A stretch of DNA of 18,297 nucleotides from Candidatus Heimdallarchaeota archaeon B3_Heim (lineage in GTDB: Archaea > Asgardarchaeota > Heimdallarchaeia > Hodarchaeales > Hodarchaeaceae). The position numbers and the translations under genes are program-made. This document shows, piece by piece, positions 8,453-16,500 of this stretch (the first letter of the stretch is position 1; every line of letters begins with the position of its first letter). Below the pieces are notes generated by a model. That model saw only the letters and a list, made by a program, of their open reading frames with translations, ran no database searches and was not told the origin of the DNA. The stretch lies in contig NJBF01000053.1 in NCBI GenBank assembly GCA_003144275.1, forward strand, positions 1 to 18,297, read 5' to 3'.

Positions 8453-9660
8453 TGCAATTTTCAAACACTTTCATTCCCTATGGATGCTATTGGAGCTCTC
8501 CGTTTGTACGTTGGCAGGGGAGCTTTGCTAACCAAAACTCTATACAACTCGCTGCGGAAGTTGCTACTCTAGCTCTAAATAAACGAAAGATACAACCTGA
8601 AATCTTTAATTCAATATATTTAGGGATTACTATTCCTCAAGTACATAGTTTTTATGGTCAAACTTGGTTATCTGGTCTTCTTGGAGCTCCCAATATTACA
8701 GGGCCGATGATTGCACAAGCATGTGCCACTTCTACACGAGTAATCGCCAATGCAGCATCTGAAATCGAAACACGAAGTAACCCCAATCATACCATACTAG
8801 CCATTACTTGTGATCGAACAAGCAATGGTCCTCATATCCTCTATCCTGCTCCTTTAGCACCTGGTGGAAAACCGAATACTGAAAATTGGGTCTGGGATAA
8901 TTTTAGCTTCGATCCATATGCAAAAAATCCAATGATTCAAACTGCAGAGAATGTATCGAGAGATGCAGGAATAACACGAGAAGCCCAAGAGGAAGCTACA
9001 TTACTCCGTTACAAACAATATGACCAAGCATTAAAGAATGACGCAGAATTTCTCAGAAAATTCATGATCTCACCCATTGAGGTAAAGTCTGGAAGAAAAA
9101 TTATTGCTACAGTTGAAAAAGATGAAGGAATTTACCCTACTTCAAGAGAAGGATTAGCTAAACTAAAACCAGTGTCAAAAGATGGTTCAGTAACTTTTGG
9201 GACACAAACTCATCCAGCAGATGGAAATTGTGGATTGATTCTTACAACTCGGGAAAAAGCCAATGAAATTTCTCTAAATTCAGATTATGAGATTCAGATC
9301 CTCTCTTTTGGTCAGGCTCGTAGCAAGAAAGGATTTATGCCCATGGCTCCAGTACCTGCTTCCCAAAAAGCACTTGAATCAGCTAAACTCTCAGTTGGTG
9401 ATATTACTGCTACTAAGTTACATAATCCTTTTGCTGTTAATGATGTCTATTTTAGTGAGGAAATGGGAATTTCACTTACCTCAATAAATAACTATGGTTC
9501 ATCACTTGTATGGGGGCACCCTCAAGCCCCAACTGGGATGCGTTTACTTATTGAACTAATCGAAGAACTAGTGATAAAGAAAGGGGGTCACGGTCTTTTT
9601 ACAGGCTGTTCTGCCGGTGATTCTGCAGCAGCAGTCGTCATCAAAGTGAATTCGGTTTAA
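8452..9660 (+). CDS. Thiolase of the family found in anaerobic aromatic-degradation clusters (candidate 3-oxopimeloyl-CoA thiolase), 402 aa
   Basis: IPYGCYWSSPFVRWQG N-terminus, AQACATS (Cys), DRTSNGPH, HNPF loop (9421-9432), WGHPQAPTG (His) and GCSAGD (second Cys). The ATG overlaps the oah stop (TAATG at 8450-8454). Confidence 0.85.
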   Translation: MQFSNTFIPYGCYWSSPFVRWQGSFANQNSIQLAAEVATLALNKRKIQPEIFNSIYLGITIPQVHSFYGQTWLSGLLGAPNITGPMIAQACATSTRVIANAASEIETRSNPNHTILAITCDRTSNGPHILYPAPLAPGGKPNTENWVWDNFSFDPYAKNPMIQTAENVSRDAGITREAQEEATLLRYKQYDQALKNDAEFLRKFMISPIEVKSGRKIIATVEKDEGIYPTSREGLAKLKPVSKDGSVTFGTQTHPADGNCGLILTTREKANEISLNSDYEIQILSFGQARSKKGFMPMAPVPASQKALESAKLSVGDITATKLHNPFAVNDVYFSEEMGISLTSINNYGSSLVWGHPQAPTGMRLLIELIEELVIKKGGHGLFTGCSAGDSAAAVVIKVNSV

Positions 9661-9668
9661 ATTAAAGG

Positions 9669-9703
9669 AAAAAATTGGCAGTATTAATCCCATTACTGCC
9701 GAT
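9669..9703. terminator. Hairpin terminator between the convergent thiolase and hbd genes
   Basis: GGCAGTA (9677-9683) and TACTGCC (9694-9700) form a perfect 7-bp stem with a 10-nt loop, extendable by 3 pairs including one G-U. An A-run at 9669-9674 becomes a U-tract after the hairpin on the minus strand. Confidence 0.6.
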
Positions 9704-9718
9704 GAATTCTTTAAATTT

Positions 9719-10609
9719 TTAGAAAGACCGAGGCGTTGGAGGATTTGTGGAATAATCGTAAAATCCCATTCCTGTTTTCCTTCCAAGATGATTTGCACGC
9801 ACCATTTTTCGAAGTAATGTTGGAACACGGTACTTTGAATCTTGAAACTCTGTAACGAAATAATCAGCTATGAAAAGTGTTGTATCTAGACCTACAAAAT
9901 CTAACAGAGTAAATGGACCCATAGGATGATTTAAACCTAAAGTTATTGCTTTATCCATATCTTCAACCGTTGTTACTCCTTCTTGTAATGTAAATATTGC
10001 CTCAAGGAAGAATGGTAGCAGGAGACGATTAACTGCGAACCCAGGTGCTTCATTAACGAGTACAGTCTCTTTTCCCAATTTCTGGGAAAGTTCATCAATG
10101 AACTTATATGTTTCATCTGAAGTTTCATATCCTTTAATTATTTCAACCAATCGCATCACAGGTACAGGATTGAAAAAATGCATACCAATGAACTTATCTG
10201 GACGTTTTGTTGCTGCAGCCATGTCAGTAATAGATATTGATGATGTATTAGAAGCAAAAACCACGTTTGGATCACAGATTTCTTCCAATTCTGTATAAAC
10301 TTTACGTTTTAAGTCCCTATTTTCAATTATTGCCTCAATAACCACATCAGCTCCTTCTGTGGCTTCTTTCAAATCGGTAGTTCCTTTTATTCTACCTAGA
10401 ATTTCGTTCATTTGATCTTGAGTCATTTTTCCTTTTTTAACCCCACGTGACAAATTTTTATTAATCATAGACAGACCTTTTTCTATGAAATGGTCTTCAA
10501 TATCCCTCATGGCAACTTGATACCCAGCTTGAGCACAGACTTGAGCTATACCATTACCCATTAATCCTGCTCCTATAACACATATTTTTTTCACATTATC
10601 AATCTTCAT
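9719..10609 (-). CDS. hbd: 3-hydroxybutyryl-CoA / 3-hydroxyacyl-CoA dehydrogenase (NAD-dependent), 296 aa
   Basis: VIGAGLMGNGIAQ...RDIE (NAD-type Asp), FASNTSSIS, GMHFFNPVPVMRLVEII, PGFAVNRLL, HPMGPFTLLDFVGLD and LGRKTGMGFY. Start set at ATG 10609 (MKIDNVKK); the 20-aa extension in the ORF track is AT-rich upstream sequence. Confidence 0.88.
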   Translation of the reverse strand: MKIDNVKKICVIGAGLMGNGIAQVCAQAGYQVAMRDIEDHFIEKGLSMINKNLSRGVKKGKMTQDQMNEILGRIKGTTDLKEATEGADVVIEAIIENRDLKRKVYTELEEICDPNVVFASNTSSISITDMAAATKRPDKFIGMHFFNPVPVMRLVEIIKGYETSDETYKFIDELSQKLGKETVLVNEAPGFAVNRLLLPFFLEAIFTLQEGVTTVEDMDKAITLGLNHPMGPFTLLDFVGLDTTLFIADYFVTEFQDSKYRVPTLLRKMVRANHLGRKTGMGFYDYSTNPPTPRSF

Positions 10610-10799
10610 TTGATGAACACCGTTAAATATAATGATGGTAGAAAGTAATAAATAATTATAGAAGAGCATTTTTAGAATTTTTGTTTATTTCAAAATCGAA
10701 AGGTTGTATGAAGTGTTATAAATTCAAACTAGCAAGAAATACAAAATTATTTTACTCTAAACCTAATGAAATATCAAGAAGAACCAAGATACACATAAA

Positions 10800-12389
10800 T
10801 TACAGTTTTTGAGAAATTAAATTATTGTATCGCTCACGTAGGATTCTGTGAATGATTTTACCAGAGCCTGTTCTTGGTACATCTTCGTAATCAATAAAAA
10901 AGACCTTTTTTGGAACTTTGAATCTAGCTAAATGCTCTTTACTATGATTCATTATATCCTCCGCTAAATCTTCGGTAGCTTCAAAATTTGGTGCCAGAAC
11001 ACAAATAACGGTAACAGACTCTCCCCATTTATAATCCTGTAATCCTATCACTGCACATTCAAGTACAGCAGGCATTGCATTAATAGTTTTTTGTACTTCA
11101 GATGGAAAAACATGTTCTCCACCCGTAATTATCATATTCGCCTTTCTATCAACGAGATATAAATATCCATCCTCATCTCTTTTAGCCATATCTCCTGCAC
11201 TGAAAAAACCATCTTCCATACTCTCTAATGTTTTTTCTGGTAACTTATGGTATTCTGTGTGTTGCATAGGACCACGAGAAAATAATTCACCGATTTCTCC
11301 ATCAAGTATTAGCTTTCGTGAATTGGGATCCAAAATTTTGATATTATCTGTTCCAATACATTCCAAACCTATTGAACCAGCTTTTTTGAATTGATCTTCT
11401 GGTCTCAAAATTGTTACGAGGCCTGCTTCGGTAGAACCATATGCTTCAAAAAGCCTTACATCCTTAAATAACGCCATAACTTCATATTTCATCTTTTTTG
11501 TTGCAGGAGCTGAGGATGTCAAAAGTGATCGGATGGAACTTAGATCATATTTCTTCAGGATTTCATCTGGAAGACACAGGATTAAATTATAATGGGTGGG
11601 GATCATACTGGTAAACGTGATTTTTTCCTGTTCAAAAATTTGTAATACATCTTCAGGGTTAAATTGATATTCAAGATGAACATAGACACTTGCACCGATA
11701 TATGTGAAAACAAAAGCGTAAAACGTAGAATTAACATGGGACAAAGGCATTAAGACTAATCCGTAATCATCTGGTGTGAAGGAGAATTCTGCTGCATTGA
11801 TTAGAAAAAAGGATATATAGGAACGATGGGAGCGAACAACACCCTTAGGTTTGCCAGTTGTGCCAGAGGTATATAGAAGAATCCATGTATCTTCGGAGTC
11901 TACCTGAATTAAAGGATATTCATCTTCACCTTCTTCTACAATATCCTTGTAATAACTCCAGTTTTCTAAAACTGGAATTTCCCCAATCAAAACATGTTGA
12001 AGATTATCTAGTCCGAATTCAATGACCAAATCCCAACTCTCAATTGTTAGGTCATAATATCTATCTTGAACCATGACCATTTTTACTTCAGCATTTCGCA
12101 CGATCCAATAAAGATCAGTTGGTAGAAGTCGGAAATTCAGGGGAACAATAATTAGACCTGCTTTTGCAGCTGCGCCGTAAATTTCCATAAATTCAACACA
12201 GTTATTTAGTAGAACCGCTATTTTATCTCCTTTCTTCAAACCTCTTTTGAGTAAACCGTTCGCTAACATATTAGTTCTTATATCATAATCTCTAAAGGTA
12301 AGTGAGCGGTTTTTATCCTTAACTGCTAATTTATTGGGATATTTAAGAGCATTAACCCGAAGAATTTCTCCCAGATGTAACCAATTCAT
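10800..12389 (-). CDS. AMP-forming acyl-CoA synthetase/ligase, substrate unknown, 529 aa
   Basis: LYTSGTTGKPKG P-loop, YGSTEAG, GDMA, DRKANMIITGGEHVFPSEV and FKVPKKV...PRTGSGKI. It lacks the WLYSSGSTG and FFAYGLGN signatures of benzoate-CoA ligases as I recall them. Confidence 0.88.
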   Translation of the reverse strand: MNWLHLGEILRVNALKYPNKLAVKDKNRSLTFRDYDIRTNMLANGLLKRGLKKGDKIAVLLNNCVEFMEIYGAAAKAGLIIVPLNFRLLPTDLYWIVRNAEVKMVMVQDRYYDLTIESWDLVIEFGLDNLQHVLIGEIPVLENWSYYKDIVEEGEDEYPLIQVDSEDTWILLYTSGTTGKPKGVVRSHRSYISFFLINAAEFSFTPDDYGLVLMPLSHVNSTFYAFVFTYIGASVYVHLEYQFNPEDVLQIFEQEKITFTSMIPTHYNLILCLPDEILKKYDLSSIRSLLTSSAPATKKMKYEVMALFKDVRLFEAYGSTEAGLVTILRPEDQFKKAGSIGLECIGTDNIKILDPNSRKLILDGEIGELFSRGPMQHTEYHKLPEKTLESMEDGFFSAGDMAKRDEDGYLYLVDRKANMIITGGEHVFPSEVQKTINAMPAVLECAVIGLQDYKWGESVTVICVLAPNFEATEDLAEDIMNHSKEHLARFKVPKKVFFIDYEDVPRTGSGKIIHRILRERYNNLISQKL

Positions 12390-12647
12390 ATTTAATCAAA
12401 TCTCGACTAATATTTGTTGTCATTATATACAATAATTCCTTATTGGAGGTCCTATTTTAATAACTGAAATTTTTATAAGTTCTACACGTATTATTGAAGG
12501 ACTGAAGGAATCTTATTAAACCTTGAAGAACCTATAATTACCACTTATAAATTCTTAGATTATAATCCAAGTTCTTCTAATACAGTTTTAATTGCTTCTA
12601 ATTTGTTAGAGGAAAGACATCAATAATTTCAATAACCAGGTTAGAAA

Positions 12648-13311
12648 CTAAATATTCAGTCTGAGAAGTCGTCTTAAAACTAAAAAAACAGTAAATACTG
12701 AAATAGACAAGACCGGTGCCCAAATAAGTCCGTCAATCACCATCGCGCCTCCAAAATATACAATATTGTATCGAGAAGAGGCAATGGTTAGATCAAAACC
12801 CATAGCAGTAAGTCCAATAACCGAAAATAATAAAAGAATGAACACGATAAGTTCCTTATTGTTATAATATTCCATTTTTCTTGATTTAAAGATAGTGTTT
12901 TTCAAATATCGGTCTGCTATAAAATAAATCAAGATCCAAGCTAGAAGAGGAGCAAGAATGAAGGAAATGACATTTATGGCCGGTGATTCCACCCCAATTT
13001 GCTTTTGGTTTATCAACAGGGTACGGAGTTTCAATTATGTCTAGTAAGTCCCTCAGAGGGACTAAAGAACCGACTGGTTTTTGAGTTAAACGATAGAAAA
13101 TAGTCATCAGTTGATCTAACACGGCTTCAGTGGCATTTTCTTCATCAAATTTTCCACCGAATTTTGCTAGAAATTTGGCTAAATTTGAGTCTCCAATAAA
13201 AATGCTCATTGATTTTTTCTCGATATGAGCTCTTGTTTCTTTCCTAAGTTTCTGTATAAATTCAACAGGGGTTAATTTCGGATAACTAATTTCCTTCATT
13301 TCCGTATGCAT
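12648..13311 (-). pseudogene. Frameshifted gene for a hypothetical membrane protein of about 220 aa (ORFs 12886-13311 and 12648-13034 joined)
   Basis: The two same-strand ORFs overlap by 149 nt and span 664 nt (3n+1). Removing one base near 12978-12984 gives a continuous read ...PYPVDKPKANWGGITAINVISFILAPLLAW...: a soluble N-terminal domain followed by about 3 TM helices. Confidence 0.6.
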
Positions 13312-13560
13312 TCGTGTTGTTTTGGATTAGAAAAGATTAAACATTTCATTGACTTTTAATTGAGTAAGATTGATATTTCAGAATAATTAAAAAAGTTTCA
13401 CACAAATAACTTTGTCGTAAAATATTAGTTATACCCAAGATAACATTTGGGAGTATAGGCACTCAACCGAATAGATTTTGAGCATTCCTGAATTTAATAA
13501 CCAATACTCCAATAAACAGCTGATTAATTCAGTCATTTTCATTTTTGGTAGACAATAACT

Positions 13561-13598
13561 TAATAAAAAACTAGGAAAGAGGAAAAATGAAAAAAAGA
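13561..13598 (-). terminator. Oligo(T) tracts after the large surface-protein gene (archaeal-type terminator)
   Basis: The minus strand directly after the stop reads TCTTTTTTTCATTTTTCCTCTTTCCTAGTTTTTTATTA, with no hairpin. Confidence 0.45.
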
Positions 13599-16500
13599 TT
13601 AGATGTTCTTTCGTCTACGTACTGTAATTACCAGTACGATCAAGAAAAATAGGCTTACATAAAAAACAAGAAATGGTGTGTTAACAAAAGTAGATGACGG
13701 TTGGGTAGTAATAGTTGATGAGGTACTTGAAGTAAGTGCTGTCACTGTCATACGTTTAAAGACACCTGAACCAGCACTGCCAAAATAGAGAAAATTTCCG
13801 TCTGCTGAACACACCATCATATTCGCGACGTTGTTGCCGTTAGTACCAGCCACCAAGTCAGTTAGCCCCTCGTTCCAGGATAGCCAGCTAGCACCACCGT
13901 TACAACTAATAAAGACTCCTTCACCCTGTGTAGCCAGATACAATATGTCAGGATCTCGCTTGTCAACAATGATCTCGTAGAATTCCTGATCGATATTCAA
14001 CCCAGTAGTAATTTCAAACCAATGAGCCCCACCATCAGTGCTTTTCATCACTGTCCCTCGGAATCCCTCACACCCACTTCCCTCGTTCTCCCCGTTCTTG
14101 GAACAGGCATACATCACATTTGGATTCTCAGGATCGAAATCTATGGAAAAGACCCATTGTTCACTTGGCCAACCTCGATTCCACGTTTCCCAATGACCAC
14201 CGCCATCTGTTGCGAGGTTCACCCCATTGTAAGTGCCAGCATAGATAATATCTGGGTTCTCAGGATGGAATACCAGACAAAAGACGCCATCATTGGCCCA
14301 ACCGATGTTACTTTCCTGCCAATTTTGACCCCCATCTACGCTTTTGTAGATACCAGATGGGAATGTACCAAAGTAGATCACGTTGGGGTTTTTGGGGTGA
14401 ATAAGCAGTGAAGTATATTGATAAAGTGGCCTGTTGTCCCAAATAGGCCAGAGACTCCCAAACTGGCCAAAAGCATTCATCTGTACCCATCTATCATCTG
14501 AAGTACTATAGTAATATAGTTCATATCCTAGGCTGCCACACAATAACATTCCGTCAGCAGACCATGCAAGGCTTTTAACTTGAGACGTGTGTAGTCCAGT
14601 ATTGAAAGAACTCCATGTTTTGCCTCTATCACTCGTAACAAACACTCCTTCTTCGCTGCTGACATATATCGTATCCGAATCAGTAGGATCAACCACAACA
14701 GCAGTTACTAGTCTCCCACACATCTCGTTAGCGTCCCCAAATAGAGGTATCTGACTATCAGCGCCATCATTCGATGCATAAACTCCTTTACCATAAACAG
14801 TAAAGTAGAGTCTGTCTGAATTCGTAGGATCAATTGCAAAGTTATAATATCCCTGCCTGATAGGGTCATCCACCTCAAAACTTGGTAGAAAGAAATTCTT
14901 GTCTTTCCATGTTTTTCCACCGTCCACTGTCTTGAACATGCCTCCAGGATAAGAACTTGCATAAACTACATCAGAATTTGTGGGATCAACGACTATCTGG
15001 ATGTTGTAGATTTCAGGTTTAGGTCCATCAGTAGAAGTCCAACTTACTGTATAATCTACATTGACATCACCAACGTAGACTCCCCCACCGCGGCTTCCAG
15101 CATATATTTTATTCCCGCTGATAGATAATGAGCCTATGCTTCTGAAATCAAGTCCATTATTCTGGATTGTCCAAATATCACCGCCATCTGTTGTTAGATA
15201 AACACCGTTCGCTCCTCCAGCATAAATTACGTTTGAATTCTCAGGATGTATAACTAATGCCCTACAAGGACTATTTATAACACCTCGATTTATATTTTCC
15301 CAGCTTGATCCATTATCATCACTCTTATATACTCCATGTGTTCCTATATCTTCAGGTGAGACTGGAGGGAAAAAGTTTGGATCTAAGAGCTCTTCAGGAC
15401 ATCTTCTTCCCATAATAGTAGCAGCATAAAGAATATCTGTATTAGAAGAGTCTATTTCAATGTCAAAGGTACCAACTATTGGCATAGAGTCCAAATTCAG
15501 CCAACTTACTCCTCCATTAGTTGTCTTATAAACATTCTCGCCATGTAATGAAACGTAGATCATTTGTGAATCTGTGGGATCAACGGCAATGTCAATGATG
15601 GCTCTGGGAAGGCTGCCTGTTATATCCGTTGATACTTCTCCCGTAATTCTGAACAAACTACCAAGAATAGCATTATGTTTGAAAGCTGATACATAGACAG
15701 TATTAGGGTTGCTTGGATCAAGCTTTATCTTAAACAATCTGGAGTAACCAGGACCCGCATCAAAAGCAATTTCCCAAGTCTGTCCACCATTTACCGATCT
15801 ATACAAGATAGGTTGCGCCCTACCCGCAGCATAAACTATGTCTGGATTCACAGGATGGGTAGTGACACTTGCAATCGATAAAGTGGAGATGTTCTCTAAT
15901 TCTATCCAAGATTCACCGCTATTTACAGTCTTAAACAATCCTGCCCCCCAAGGGGCGGCATAGAGTATTTCTTCGTCCGTTGGATCAATAGCTAGTTGAT
16001 TCTGGGAGTGTATTGTGCTGAAGAAGAAATGTTCGTTGAGGTTGATCCAGCTACTCCCCGCGTTGTAACTAACCCTGATATTACCTCCATATCCCGTGTC
16101 ACCTACGTAAACTGTATTAGGGTTGGTGGGGTCGATGGTCACTGAAGTAATCCCATGGGAACCGGATACATTAAGAGATGTCACCCATGAATCACCTCCA
16201 TCGGCCGTCTTACGGACTATCGCAAATTTTTGGAAAGGCTTAGGGAGGTAGCCGCTATAAACGATGTCGGAATTTGTAGGATGGACAGCTATACTATAGG
16301 TATAATCCACTTCAGATTGGTGTAGGAAACGCCAACCTTTCCCACCATTTGTGCTCTTGAAAATTCCAAAACCGTTCTTTAGCGCGTAAATTGTGTTTGA
16401 ATCTGATGATGCTGGTGCCAAAGTATACACCGAACCAAAACGGAAACCCTCACCATAGGAGTCGATAACTTTGTCCCATGAAACACCCCCGTTCGTTGAT

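Noticed and set aside
12495-12529. Three TGAAG(G/A) direct repeats upstream of the ligase gene
   Set aside because: Too short and irregularly spaced to exceed chance.
12886-13037. Programmed ribosomal frameshift between the two overlapping ORFs
   Set aside because: No slippery heptamer, shift-prone stop context or stimulatory hairpin seen; a single-base insertion explains it more simply.
13429-13542. 37-aa minus-strand ORF (MKMTELISCLLEYW...) and an imperfect hairpin at 13430-13457
   Set aside because: No ribosome-binding site or recognisable motif; the hairpin needs a 2-nt bulge and is AT-rich.
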